64,000 nt of DNA from Penicillus capitatus (taxonomy: Eukaryota > Plantae > Chlorophyta), in NCBI GenBank assembly GCA_965649825.1, contig OZ287717.1, forward strand, positions 137,201-201,200, written 5' to 3'. Below are positions 15,025 to 28,001 of the stretch, piece after piece. Each line of letters starts with the position of its first letter. Positions within the stretch are counted from its first letter, which is position 1. Position numbers and translations under genes: made by a program. Below the pieces are notes generated by a model that was given only the letters and a program-made list of their open reading frames with translations, did no database searches and was not told the DNA's origin.

Positions 15025-16332
15025 TTATTGAATGGGTATCCCCACTTTCTTGAACTCAGCGATCAACAAATCCAAAATCTCGTCGTTGCTTAAGAGGTTG
15101 ACAAGCGCCTGTCGAAATCGCTCTCGGACGCTCTCGGCAATACTCCCCTCTTGCTTATTCTCTGCAAAAAACCTTGCTAGACTGTAGGCGACTGGATCGC
15201 CATCTCCCATCATCCCATTGCTCTCGACGCCGCCCATCAATAGACCCATGTCTCTCGTGGCGATGGGAGCAGCTGTGGTGATGGTGGTGCCTATGGCTTC
15301 AGATAGAGGCAGTGGTAAATGGACTGGATCTGGTGCTGCAGCTGCAGCGACGGCAGCCGGCGTCAATGGATGTATCTCTTCTCCTCCATTCACCACCGCC
15401 GGAGTAAAGGTTGTTGTTGCTTTGCTCGAAGGCTTGAAGAAATCGGGCGGCAATGGAACCAACGGCACGGCAGAGACGGACGGCACAGAGGGACCCGGAT
15501 CCATCCGAGGCGTTGGATTGGCAATGGGCGTCTGATGATCCAAAGACAACACAACATCCACATGCGGTGGCACTTCTGTCGACACCGGTGGCGGCGGTGG
15601 CGGCGCCGCCGCCGGCATCGCCGCCGTTGTTGCTGTCAGTGTGAGAGGACTGGAGGTTGGCGGCGATCGCTCTTGTGCTTGGCGAAAGAGACGCATCAGA
15701 TGATCGTTCTCCCCCGTGGTCGTAGATTTCTGTCCACTGCTGCTGGCTCCACTGTTTGGTTGGGCACTGCTGCTGCAGGCAGTGCCATTCTGCTGTTGTC
15801 CATTGAGCTGATGAAACATGGACTGCAATTCGTTTCTCAGATCGGTCGTCGGTCGCGGCTTCTCGCCAGCGGCAGACACTTTCTCTCTTATTGTTGGCGT
15901 TCCAGAAGGACTGGCTTTCGGCATACCCTTGACGATTCTCTTCAAATAATTTCCAAACTCCTCGCAATTCTTCTCGTCGTAAAACCAGATGCCATAGAGC
16001 TGGTTGTTTCCTCGGGTATAGAGAAGAAACGTTTGAAGGACTTCGCATTCCAGTGACCCATCCACCTCTTCCATAAAGTTGTCAATCCGTTTACTGTTGA
16101 CAACTATCATGCGAAATCTCGGTGCAGAGCAACGCTTGACTAAAAACAAAGTTCCCTCGATATCACTGCGTTTCCAAGACTTGCGCGTCGTGTCAAATTC
16201 GTAGACAGCCACATGCGTGGCACTGTAGAGAATTTCAAGGATGTCCTCGTCCATGCGTTTGAGAACGCTCATATTGAAGCCCTCTGCTTGAGAAGTGTCC
16301 ACCAAAGGTGTCTTACCGGCTGGAAGCAACAT
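15025..16332 (-). CDS. DCP1: mRNA decapping enzyme subunit DCP1 (apparently intronless)
   Basis: EVH1 domain NMSVLKRMD..ATHVAVYEFD..WKRSDIEGTLFLVKR..YGIWFYD; low-complexity linker; C-terminal RERFRQALVNLLSNDEILDLL trimerisation-like helix. Confidence 0.92.
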   Translation of the reverse strand: MLLPAGKTPLVDTSQAEGFNMSVLKRMDEDILEILYSATHVAVYEFDTTRKSWKRSDIEGTLFLVKRCSAPRFRMIVVNSKRIDNFMEEVDGSLECEVLQTFLLYTRGNNQLYGIWFYDEKNCEEFGNYLKRIVKGMPKASPSGTPTIREKVSAAGEKPRPTTDLRNELQSMFHQLNGQQQNGTACSSSAQPNSGASSSGQKSTTTGENDHLMRLFRQAQERSPPTSSPLTLTATTAAMPAAAPPPPPPVSTEVPPHVDVVLSLDHQTPIANPTPRMDPGPSVPSVSAVPLVPLPPDFFKPSSKATTTFTPAVVNGGEEIHPLTPAAVAAAAAPDPVHLPLPLSEAIGTTITTAAPIATRDMGLLMGGVESNGMMGDGDPVAYSLARFFAENKQEGSIAESVRERFRQALVNLLSNDEILDLLIAEFKKVGIPIQ

Positions 16333-16356
16333 CGCTTGCCAAGATTGACGGCAAGA

Positions 16357-16435
16357 ACAACAACGACGACGACAACGACAATGAGAAAGTCGAAGAAGAA
16401 GATGATGAAAACGACAACGACGACGACGACGATAA
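16357..16435. repeat. Imperfect (GAC/AAC/GAA/GAT)n trinucleotide tract upstream of DCP1
   Basis: aacaacaacgacgacgacaacgac..gaagaagaagatgatg..gacgacgacgacgat. Confidence 0.75.
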
Positions 16436-16702
16436 CAGGATGGCGTGCATAGACCGAAACGTTGCCGTAGCAGTCGTGCGACCAGACGGTCGAGATGCAC
16501 TTAATGCAACGGATGGCCAGTCATGCCACGCATCAAACGCCACCGCACGTACGCACAGAACGAGGGAGGGACATGCGACGACAAGATCAACAAGAACATC
16601 ATCATCAACAGCCGCAGCAACGTGCCTCATGATCGGTCGGTGTTGCACAGTGGGCGTCCGTCCGTCTGTCTGTCTGCATGACCCCGATGGATGCCTGTCG
16701 CC

Positions 16703-19700
16703 TTAAGATGAGTAGATCTTGATGCCGCGTTCGTAGGTATTCCAACGACTGTGCTGCTGTGGCTTTCGATTGGGTTTGGTGTCTTCGTGCTGCAAGGCAA
16801 TGAAAGATCCATTGTCGCCAAAGTACTTGCCATTGCTCCAAGCAGCGGAGAGTCCTCTAGGAAACTTGGAGATGACTTCGTCGTCGTCGCTCAGGTAATC
16901 CAGCGGCTGCATCTGCCGTGGGTGATAGGCAAACTTCCATTGCTCGAATTCGTCGTCCGGGATCTCCAGTTTCGCTTGAATACGTTTCTTGATCTCTCGC
17001 AGCGTTTCGCCTTTCTTCACGCGGATCCACAGAGGATCGCCGAAGATGGTCATCGTATTGTCGTCCGGTTTGCAATGACAGCAGTGCACCATATATTCGT
17101 TCGATTTCAAATTCTGTTCATCTTCTGGCACGACTTCAGCTCGATAGGTCCAGTAAGACTCATACAGCTGCTCCAGCGAGGCCTCACGGTCCAGTACCTA
17201 AGCACACAACCGTCGATCACAGGATGTGATGTGACAGGTGTCGATCACACTTTGAAAATTTTCGAGGAGAGGATCTCCATGACTCGGAAGTCGGAATTGG
17301 CGTAGTCATCGCCCAGCTCCTGTTTTAACTGCTCGATCAGATCGCCGATCGTTTTCTCTCGCGGTAGTCGAATCATGTGCTCGGACTGCAGTTCAGATTT
17401 GAGGTTGTGAAAACAGATCCTCATGCATTTCATCTTTTCCAGTGTGGGAAGCTGCATGTCCAGGATCTCATAGTAGAGGATGTTCGTGTACTGACGGGAG
17501 TGGAGAATCATGGCGTCCAGACTGTCGATGCCGTTGTACTTGATGGGACTTCTGTGCGGCAACTGTGCGTAGACATTGTGCTGCGTCAGACGGATCTTCT
17601 TGGGATCGTCCATATCCAGATGCTTGGCCAGTTCGGTCGTCACCTGCTCGTAGCTCATCGTCTTCAGCAGCTCCAACTTGAAGCCATCGTCCTGTCATGA
17701 CATGCGTGATGTGACAGATGTGTGACATGGAGAGATAACCTTTGGATTCTCAAGCGGTCTGAAATTCACCACTTTGCTGTTTTGAATGAACTCCAGGAAG
17801 GACTTGACGGTTGGATAGGGACAGACCTGCTCCGTCGCTTGGGCCTCGGCCACGCGCTCCTGGACAATGATGATATCGCCACGGACAAACTGACACTGTC
17901 ACGGCAAAAGAGTGAGACGCTGTTATGTATAAGGGGGTCGATATCTCACTCTTTCTGCGGTCTGCGCAGGCTGCAGCTCGGCACAGGTGACACTGGGATT
18001 GAACTTCACCTCCTCAACGCCAATCACATCCGCATCCTGCGCCAGCCCTGCCAGCTTCTTCGCCTTGTCGAGAATTGTCCGAATCTGCATCGTCTTTTCG
18101 ACGAAGAGGTGTCCAACGTACGCAAGCTTTCTCAGCTTCGGATCGTAATGCTTGACAAAGATGAGCAATTCGGACTGCTGCAGGGGACGCAAGACGTCAC
18201 CAATGTCCGGCGTCTCCAAGAAGAGCTTAACCGTCATCAAAGCGTTCTTCTCAGAAGCGGGCGGCAGGTTCCTTTCTTTGAAGGCTTTGAGATCGAGGAC
18301 GGTCTTGAGTTCAACGGATCCTGTTTCTAAAGGCTTTTCAATTCTCGTGGTCCCGTTTTGACGCTGCGTCCATAACCAGAAGCGCTGGAGATGCTTGGCA
18401 ATGCCAAAGTCTCGACTGACCATCTCCTTGAACTCTTCAAAAAGCGTCTTCTTGTGCACTCGGTAGTGCTGGACACCGTCAAAATTCGCCAAATCAAAAT
18501 AATAGCTCTCCCCCAGCTGCTCCGCAAAATGCTTCTCGCATGCCAGCTTGATCACCACGTACAGATGCGCCTCCTGCTTCTCCTTCTGTCGCTTCTCCTT
18601 CTCCGTCTGCTCCGCCTGCCCATACCACTCACCCTCCATCAGCACAGGCATCACGTCATCTCCCTTACTTCAAGTCTTTTGCGAATGGGCTCTGAGATGT
18701 CTTCCTTGCCGGCTTCGCACATGAACCGATCCCAATCCGACATCCGAATGTACACCAGCATGTATGCCGTCGACTGCTTCGGATACTTCACGCCTCCTGC
18801 GAAATTCGTCGTGATGGGCTTGTCTTCGTCACCTGCGCCCAGCTGATCACACACGGTGAGAAGGCAGGGGATGGCTCGACCGAATTGCTCGGTGATCGCT
18901 CGGCTCTCGGTCTCTTCTTTGACGAGCTCATCATCAAACTTGTACCATTTGTCGTCCGATTTGATAAAGGCATAGTAATGCCCTCCGTGTGGTCCTCCAC
19001 TGTGCACCAGCACACTGTGCAATCGATACTTGTTGACGACGGTCTTATCAGAGGTCTCGGAAAGAAAAGCACGATCGTTATAATCGAGGTCCAGTTCGTC
19101 ATAGAACTCGTAATGTGCATTGATCTGTTCGCCACAGACAGATCGTCACTCCTTCAGCATCGACGGCGCACACACATACTTTGACCATAAGATTGCGTAC
19201 GGGGTCATAATCAAATCGCTTCAGATGCAACTGCAGAACAGGAGGGAAGCTCTCGAACCGTGCGTAGCGTTTGGCATCCTGACAGGAGACATCGATCTCA
19301 CACATTTGACCAAGACATGGCGGCGATGCAAAGAGTGAGATCTGACCTGAAGTCCGTGCTTCTCTGCGTTGTACTTGTTCGGTCCTTCCATCCTCTCTTC
19401 TGCACAGAATCTCTCCAGGGATTCGTAGATGTTCTTGCAGCCCAACACATCCAACTGGATCTCCATATACGGCTGCTTGCGCGATGAGGTGTAGGGCACG
19501 TTTAGACACTCCACGTAGTTTGAGTAATGCCCGACGAAGAGTTCGGGAATGGCATTCTCCACTTTGGTCCCCTGCAGCGCGCGTGATGTGACAGAAGAGT
19601 GAGATATGTGTGATCGACCTTCATCTTCTCCTCGAGCTTCTCACACAAGATCGCTTGCATCTCTTGAATGTCGTGCTGCAAGAAAGCATCGTACGTTCCC

Positions 19701-20833
19701 CAGCCGAAAGATTTCGTCAGGTCTTTCGTGTTGACGCTTGAGTTCTGGTATTGCAGCTGAGCACAGACAACCGACCAACCCTTCACACAGGCATCACCCA
19801 TCTCGAAACGCACGTACCTTGTAGAAGAGACTCTGCAGCGCCAGAGGAATCGATCGCTCCGGCTCGTCCGTTTCCAGCGTCGGCATATGATAAACGGCCT
19901 AAACCGCCTTCGTCACAACCGTCGCATCCAACGGCGGCGGCTCACTTTTCTGAAGTAGCGAATGTGATAGAGATACTGAAGGAGTGAGTTCATGTAGCAG
20001 GTGGCTCCCTGATTCTTCAGACCCACAAATCCAGTCTGTTTGCGTGTCAGTCTGTACAAATGATCGTCTCTCTGTACACTGATCTTGACGGTTAGCATCA
20101 GCGCGTCATTCACCACGAAGCCGATCCTTGGATCCTGCGTGTCTTGCAGCGGCAGGAATTGCGTAAAGCCCCAATCTGTTGCCTGGCTCGTGAACATATG
20201 ACTCGCCTCTAGACAGACACACATGTGTGCGATCCCAACCATAGATCCCATCCCAAACCGCGTCTCAATGATTTCTCTTCCTGGTTCTGATTCACGGCCA
20301 TCAGTTCGAAATGCGCCTTAGGGCAGAGCTGCAATGGAGTGAAGGGTGCTTCTGGGAAATCCAGATAGACTGCCACGTAATCTGCCTGTCGCTGATTGTC
20401 ATTCCCCCTTGGAAAGAGCAACAATCGCCTAGAGACAGCGCTCCCTCTTCACACATCCCTCCCTGACCGGAACGTGCCGCACCAGGTGTACGTGCCAATG
20501 TCGAATTCAGGTGAGTAGCGTTTTCGTTCTTTAATCTGCGAAAAGTTTTCGACGCGCCACTGCGAACGAACACACGGCGTTAGCGTGTCTCTGTCGCGGC
20601 GTCCATGACTCACGGTGTGTGTTCCCATCCACTCAGACGCTTCCTCCGTCGACGAGCCTGTCGTCGCTGCAGTGTCCGTTTCGCTCATCGAGACTGCAAC
20701 AGTGTCGCAGCCTGGCACTCGGCATCCTGCGTTATGTCTCGGTCTTACTGTCCATCGCCGTGTCGGTCTCTCCATTCGTCGGCGCAGCGTTTTCTTGTCC
20801 TTCCGTGCCATAACGGGGCGGTCCTTGTGTCAT
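16703..20833 (-). CDS. USP7: USP7/UBP12-13 ubiquitin carboxyl-terminal hydrolase (MATH + catalytic + UBL repeats)
   Basis: [27 protein letters not shown]; Cys box [16 protein letters not shown]; His box [19 protein letters not shown]; about 13 GT-AG introns. Start 20833 inferred from a short first intron. Confidence 0.95.
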
Positions 20834-20931
20834 GGTCCAATAACCACTACACCGAACGTCTTCCCGAGAAATGCGTGAACGGCGAATGTGAAACGAGGCC
20901 ACACAAAACGAACGTCACTTCTTCGTAGAAC

Positions 20932-20950
20932 GGATGGATGGATGGATGGA
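20932..20950. repeat. (GGAT)n microsatellite in the USP7/Psb27 divergent spacer
   Basis: ggatggatggatggatgga. Confidence 0.8.
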
Positions 20951-21016
20951 TGGCACACGAAGTAATCTCACAACAACAACACGCAGAAATAACGCCGCCT
21001 GTTAATTTGATAATCG

Positions 21017-21714
21017 ATGACGATGCCGTGCCGTCCATGCAGACCATGCCCTCCCTGCACTCCAACCCTCAGCACCCGCCCATCTCCCTGTACACACAAA
21101 CCACGCACGCCATACTGGCCCAGGAAGAGAAGTGTGATATGCTGCTGTGTTAGATCGCACCACGCGGCGGCGATGGATGGCGTGGCTCATGACGGTACCG
21201 CTGTGGACGCCGGGTTCCGTACTGGCGGCAACATCGACGCCGAACAAAGGTGGGAGCGTTGGTGGGATGCAGCACACGTCGAGATGCGTGTCGTGTGGAT
21301 AGCGTACGAGAAACTGGCGAAGGAGTTGGTGACCGGTCTGCAGTCGGTCGTCGAGCTTGACGTCTCGGGAGCGTCCGAAAGCGAAGTCTCTCTTTTGAAG
21401 GGCGGCGGCCCGATCGCGATTTCTCTTTACGTCAGGTGCGGCGCAAGGCAGATCCAGAGAAGGAACGCATTCGGGAGTTCATCCGGCGATGGAGTGTCCA
21501 ATCCGACATCCGCCAATCCGTTTCCTTCCAACAGATCACACGTAATCTCTGTCTCCCCTTCTGCATCGATGCATCCATAGCGCCCACGGTAGAGGCGCTA
21601 CGCGAGCTGAGTCAGTTCTACTCGGAGTACGGCGAACGGGCGCGTCTCACGGAGGAGACCGCCAAGAGCATTCAAGCGTATCTCCAAGCGGCACAAGATG
21701 CGCTGCCTTCGTGA
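21017..21714 (+). CDS. PSB27-H2: Photosystem II assembly factor Psb27-H2/LPA19-like, with transit peptide and twin-Arg lumen signal
   Basis: Spliced product TRRRWMAWLMTVPLWTPGSVLAA..ADPEKERIREFIRRW..ALRELSQFYSEYGERARLTEETAKSIQAYLQAAQDAL matches the Psb27 four-helix pattern; 4 introns. Confidence 0.8.
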
Positions 21715-21855
21715 AGGGGGACCCCTGTGCCTGTGGTTGGCTGGCTGAGTCCAGATGGTGATGTGGATGGAGTGCATCCATGGAGGAGATGTAAGGTCAT
21801 CGACAGTGCCGTTTCATTTTGCGTCATCCGCAGCTTCCGCGAGATCGTTGTGGGG

Positions 21856-23473
21856 ATGGCGACGTCTGTGTCAAGACCGTACCAGATCGTCGTGTGGGGA
21901 GCGACGGGATTCGTCGGGCGACTCGTCTGCGAGCGACTGGCGGCGGAGTATCCCGTTCGGCATCCCTTGTCTTCTGCCGACGCCCAAGGCGTTTTTTGTC
22001 GCGCAGCGTCAGCTACGTGTGGCCATCGCAGGGCGCAACCGTGCCAAGCTCGAATCTCTTCGCCAAGAGATGACGCAGTACGATACGGCGTTTCAAGTCC
22101 GTCCATCGAAAACAGGCAGGCGTCGGGAAGCGATGCCGTCTTGCAGGAGGTGCCGATTCTTGTGGCGGATTCCGCGGACCGTGATGCGATCGATGCCGTG
22201 ACGCAATCGACAGAGGTCGTCATCTCTTGTGCTGGACCCTATCGCAAGTACAGCGGTGAAGTCGTGGCCTCCAGTGCTGCCAATGGGACGCATTACCTCG
22301 ACCTCTGCGGTAGGCACCCTGACCCTATTGGAGGCATTGCTGACGGCGCTGCTGTGGCGGCGGCGGCGCAGCGGAGATACCTTTCATCCGGGATAACATT
22401 CGACGCCATCACGAGACGGCCATACAGAACAAAGCCAAGATCGTGCATTTCTGTGGATTCGATAGCGTCCCGATGGATCTCGGCACGCTGCTGGTGGTGG
22501 ATACGATCCGAAAGAGATACAACACGTAGAGAACGCGACACGGTATGGCGGCGATGCCGTTTTTCTGTGTAGGGGCTGCCAACGTGTGGAGCAGTATATC
22601 GTGAGTTCGTTTGGAGGCTTCAGTGGCGGCACGGCGGCATCGGCCGTCGATATGAACACCGCACGGAGTCCCTCCGAAAAGGCGGCGATGAGCGATCCCT
22701 ACTGTCTCACGCCTGATCATCTCACGTGCCCTCTTGTCACGCTCTTCGCACACGGACGGATGTCTGTTTTCAGATGGCTCTCCGGAAAGACGTTTCCTGG
22801 ACTAAAGTACAGCAGAGAGGCGGAGGGATGGATGGTGCCAACGACCTTTGCGCAAGTGAACGTTCCTGTGGTGATGCGGAGCAATGCGTTGGCCAAAGAG
22901 CCTTACGGCAAGGACTTCGTCTACCAAGAAGGGCTGAGGACACCCAATCTACCCCTGGCACTGCTGGCGCAGTTCTTCGTTACCCTGTTCGATGTCGTCC
23001 TGGAGTATTCCTTCCTCCAAAGAACGCACGCCATACCCGTAGGCGATGACATCTCAAGGCGGCTGCCGTGTAGGTCTCTTTCTCAAGGCGGCTCCAAATC
23101 CAGGCAGCGGACCGGAACGCAGCGTACAGAGGCAGTACGGTTATTGGCGTCTGCTTTTCGTTGGCTACCCTGAACCGTCGAAGAACTCCGACACATCGCC
23201 GCCACCTGCTGTCATCGCCAAGCTTGAAGACAACCAAGGCGATCCTGGCTACTGGAGCACCAGCAAGATGCTTGTCGAATGCGCCCTGTCATTGATTTTG
23301 GACAGAGACCGTGTTCAGAGTGCTGCCGCTATGGAGGGTAAGCCCAGGTCGATGCATAGAGACAGCATGGCGTTGATGGGACAGGTGGCGTGCTGACCCC
23401 CGCTGCTGCCTTCGGTCTGATTCCACTGCATCGTCTGAAGAAGAGTGGCTTTGTCGTGGAGACCCTCTCGTGA
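21856..23473 (+). CDS. SCCPDH: Saccharopine dehydrogenase-like oxidoreductase
   Basis: IVVWGATGFVG, AIAGRNRAKL, VISCAGPY, HYLDL, CGFDSVP, GGFSGGT, GDPGYWSTSKMLVECAL, GGVLTPAAAFG. Confidence 0.88.
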
Positions 23474-23807
23474 GCACAACGTCATGTGCAGCAATGTCTT
23501 GTTCTCTATCGCCCTCACGTTTTGTCAACTTCGACGGTGGATAATGCAATTGGGATGGCACGGGTCATGTCATGTCGTTGTTGCCGTGTGTGGCGTCGCG
23601 GTGTTTAAACGGCAGCGTGTGGCGCCAATCTTTCTTCGATGATCGCGCGTCCAACAACGAATTCCCAACACATACAAAACATCTACTAAACCTACGACAT
23701 TGCCTTGGGCGTACTCATCCACAGAACAGAATCATTTAAGCTCTGGCTCATGCTCTGATCCGCTCGTTCTATGTCTCATCGCTCGTCATCGAATTCCTGA
23801 GAGAAAA

Positions 23808-24919
23808 ATGAATGGCCCCGATGACCCGCACGACGTGAGTCAAGCATGTCGACCGTTTTGTGGGGTGACGCTTCCGTGAGACGCAGTTGCTCGTGGAGAT
23901 GTTGCTACAAAACGCCGTGCCTGCTGCCGTGGCGGATGAGATACCGCCCGACGTCCCAGTAGGATTCTCGTTTTGCACAGAGACAGGAACCGAACGGCCG
24001 TGTGCCACGTAGGAATTCTTGATGGATGACTTCTTTCCGCCGCAAGTTCTAGATGACATCATTGCCAATTGGGTACGTGCATATCTATCTCATCGCATCG
24101 CTTTCTAGACAACTGTCCTGTCTATGCAGCAACCGGGAATCCCACCCCGCAATCTAGACAAGGTCCAAATGAGTGAGAAAGAGTGAATGAGTGGGTGTTA
24201 AGTACTGGCTGCTGTGTAGGACTTGTTTCTGAGTTATAAGGATCCTGAGATTGAGCAGCAGTATGTGAGATGGGAAGCGGATCGCAGTCGGGGGCATTTT
24301 GCATTCTGCTCCTTGCTCATCTTCTGCTGCTTTCTGGCACACTTGACACAATGTTCGCAGAGCCTCGATGAAAGATGGTTGAGATGTGGGAATCAGACCG
24401 TATTCATTCTGGGGACTGTACTGATTTGGATTCCATGCATAGCTCTCATGTTGCCCAAAGCGTACAACTGGCGCCTAAAGTGAGAAGACATCCACCGTTC
24501 ACTGGACTGCTGCTAAATTGCGCTGTGTCTGGCGGCGGCGGTGGCGGCGCTGTTACAGAGAAGGAATCTGTGCTCTCCATCAGTGTCTGTTTGGAATCAT
24601 GATGGCATCTTTTGTTCAGTACCATTTTCAAGCTTTGGACACAAATTCATCCTGTGCCATGTGGAAGCCAGATTTTGTTTTGCTCTATACCGTGCCTGTT
24701 CTCTTGGAGAGTATACTTTTTAAAGTTCGATTAAAGTATCATTTTCCACTTAATCTCCTCTTGATCTCTTTGGTTCTTTTCCCTTGGTTGGAGACAGGGG
24801 TCACAGATCTATCCATGAGTGATTACTTGGTCAATATGGCCGCCGCGGTGGTTATACCTGCTTGTTTTATTTCGTTATACCAAACACGAAGGCAGAAGAT
24901 CTTTGAACAGGGGTTATGA
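23808..24919 (+). CDS. Uncharacterised multi-pass membrane protein
   Basis: Five GT-AG introns join an acidic N-terminus to FLSYKDPEIEQQY..5-6 hydrophobic segments..YQTRRQKIF; TGA at 24919. Confidence 0.6.
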
Positions 24920-25801
24920 AGAAGGGTCTCACCTCACCGAGTAGTAGCGTAGGTCGGGTGTGTGGGATTGGGTGGTGTGGGGGATCTGTTCATTATGATG
25001 ATAGGGGGAAGCAAGGGGGCATATGTGCTGTCGTTGTTGTTTGTTATCTCTGTTCCTCTATCTGTATGTGTAGTGATGGATGAGCATTTTTTTCCTTTCA
25101 ATGGCAACACACACTTTCTGTTCGCCACCGATGTCTGCCAGGGAAGAAGAGAATTTTGCAATGCTCTGCTATGCTGGAATGAGTCGTTGCCGAAAATTCC
25201 TTTTCACCTGTTTTCGTTAGCCAATGAGTAGGGAAACGTTGCGTGTCGATGTTGTTGTTGTTGTTGTCTCTAATGTGTCAATGAATCTGATGATGGATGC
25301 ATGATGCGGGGGATTGGAGTGGGCTCTATGCATGGTGACTCGCATTCTCTCTCACATATTGTTTTATCTTGTCTAGCATGCACGACTCAGTATCGTCATC
25401 GTTTTCTATGGGCAGGGCGAACGTACACACATACACATTCAAGATACGTGGATCGATCGCAACAACAAGTGCTCCACGTTGTTTTTCAGATGTCTGTCTG
25501 TCTTTCTTTGCTGAGTGACGCTGTCGACGGACGACCGACGTATGGGACAACGACGTCCGTGTCTTTTCATGACTGCATTCTCCCTTCACGTCCTCTCTCT
25601 CCCGCCCCCGCCACACATCTCTTTCTTTTCCAACATCGTGTGTGCGGCGAGGGAGCAATAAATCGAGATATCACGTGATGATGATGATAATGATGACGAT
25701 AAGCGTATCGAAGACGACGTCCAAACAATAGATGATGATTCTATACGTTGCCCGCCCATTGACGATCATGGTGTGCATATGTGTTGTCTTACGACTGAGG
25801 G

Positions 25802-26454
25802 ATGCTTGATTTGATGATGAAGATGATCATGTCGCGAAAAAGTTCTTTCGATGATGCAAAGGTCCGAGGGAAGCACGCGACGTCCGGTTCCACGACGACA
25901 GCGATTACGCCTCGCCACAAGAGCGAGACACAGCAGCAGGAGCCCGTCCGCCGCCGACGTCTTTCTGGATCGACTTCGGTGTCGGAACCGAAATCGACAC
26001 GAGACATCTCGACGATCGCTGCCGCTAAAGAGACGTCTCAACCGTCGAACGTATCGCGCGGATCGGCGACTGTTGCGGACGTCACGCAACTGACGGAGAT
26101 ACTGGAGCGGATTGTGCCTTTGCTGAAAACGGGCGCCTATGACACGACCGTGCTCTCACCGACGGCCAAGACCCTCATCGAAACCCTGACGAAACAACAC
26201 CTAGACGAAGACGTAAGCCAGCGCGCTCCCCTGACGTCACATCAAAGCAAGCGCGTGCGTTGCAGGTCGTGGTGCCGCTGTGCTGGATTGTGGCCGCGAT
26301 TCAGGACAGTCGAGAGAAGCGTCCACCACATGCGATGCACCGTCCGCCTTTCCCTGTTGTCTTTTTCCTGATTCAGTTGTTCATGGTCTTGTTCAATTTT
26401 GTCATGCTCGTTGCCATCATTTCGTCATTCTTTCCAACTTCATCCATGCTTTGA
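25802..26454 (+). CDS. Uncharacterised probable tail-anchored protein
   Basis: Ser/Thr-rich ORF, intron ~26212-26265, C-terminal hydrophobic stretch VVFFLIQLFMVLFNFVMLVAIISSFF. Start uncertain. Confidence 0.55.
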
Positions 26455-26483
26455 CCATCGGTCAGGGATTTTGACATAGCGTA

Positions 26484-27429
26484 CTAACGTGCTGTCCATC
26501 CGCCGTCTATAGAAAGGCAGGCACCCGTGATGCTGGATGCATGAGGGCCACACAGATACAACGCCTAGAAGAATAGCCATAGCTGTTGACGAGACGACAT
26601 AGACGTGTAAGAGCATTGCTAGAGCAGCGATGTCATCGATCTCCACAAACTTCTTCGTTGGCTGATCGCGCAGGAGCACGTTCGAAATGACATCCTCTTT
26701 GGGCATCTGTCGCACACGTGCCGTATCTTCCAACTGATTCCGGACGAGATCTGTGAACGTGTACCTATGCCAGCCACGCAGGTACGGTTATCAGGTGCGC
26801 CGTTTTCGTTGGGCGGTCGACCCGGGGCAGATCGCGTTGCATGTGATGCCGGTTTCGGCCGTTTCTAAGGCGACGGTTTTGGTCAGGCCAGCGACGCCAT
26901 GCTTGGCTGCATTGTAGGCGGATTTGTAAGGCGAGGCCACGAGTGCATGCATCGATCCGGTATTGATAATGCGTCCCCATTTCGCGTCCTTCATCTTGGG
27001 CAGGGCGGCTTTGATGGTATGGAAGCTGGCCGTGAGAACGATGGCCAAAATGGCATCCCATTTCGCATCGGGCATCTCCTCCACCGCCGCCACATGTTGA
27101 ATACCGGCATTGTTCACCTGGTCACACATCTCCTGGTCTCAAGCACTAAGTGTCGAGGTCGCTACCAGAATATCGAGTCTTCCAAACCTGTGGTGGATGT
27201 CGCCGATGAGTCGGCGGATCTCATCGGGTCGGGCCAGATCGGCACGCGAGCGCATGACGTCGATTCGGTTTTCGGCCATCAGTTGTTGCGACAGCTGCAC
27301 GACGTCGGGATCTTCGCCTTCGATGCCATGTATCGTGACGTTGGCGCCTTCCTTGGCAAACGCTTTGACGATTCCGAGTCCAATGCCCCGCGTACTGCCT
27401 GTCACCAAAGCGACACGCCCTTTCAACAT
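26484..27429 (-). CDS. bdhA: 3-hydroxybutyrate dehydrogenase (SDR, bdhA type)
   Basis: ALVTGSTRGIG, VNNAGIQHVA, WGRIINTGSMHALVASPYKSAYNAAKHG (YxxxK), NAICPGYV, SIDGGWTAR; 3 introns. Confidence 0.9.
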
Positions 27430-28001
27430 TTTACATCATGACGTCAACAAATGCAAAGACATATGGATTGCTCTTGCGCATCCTCCCCCCTGAATCTTCC
27501 CTCTCCCTTCACGCCAGGTACAGGAACGGTCTGACGATGTCTTTCCAGATATCTCTGTCGTTGCCAAACGGCCATCGTTGGCGGCAGGTGCGATCGCATT
27601 TAAATCCATTCAATCGTTGTCTGCTTGTCGAAGGCATTTATCGTTCTCCAAAGACTTTACATAGGGTTGCGTTCATTTCATATACAGGCTTCCTTCTGCA
27701 ACGTCGTATATGACTGTGCAAAATGTCATAACGATAGGCGAACAATGACATAATCTGCACGGAATAAGATCAAATGAAATCTAAGTTGGCCTTTTCTCTT
27801 CGAGAAGGCTATCCATCAAATTGCTTGTCTTTTGCATCGGGTGTTCCGGTGCAGATATCAAATGCAACAAGTTTTTTGACTGTGCCAGCTCGTTGAATCT
27901 CAAACGATGGGTTTAAGATAAGCAAGCGAGAGTATTGCGTTCTGCTATTAGAAAAGAATAACCGACCTCCATTTCTGCACTCTCTACGAAACATTGATGA
28001 C

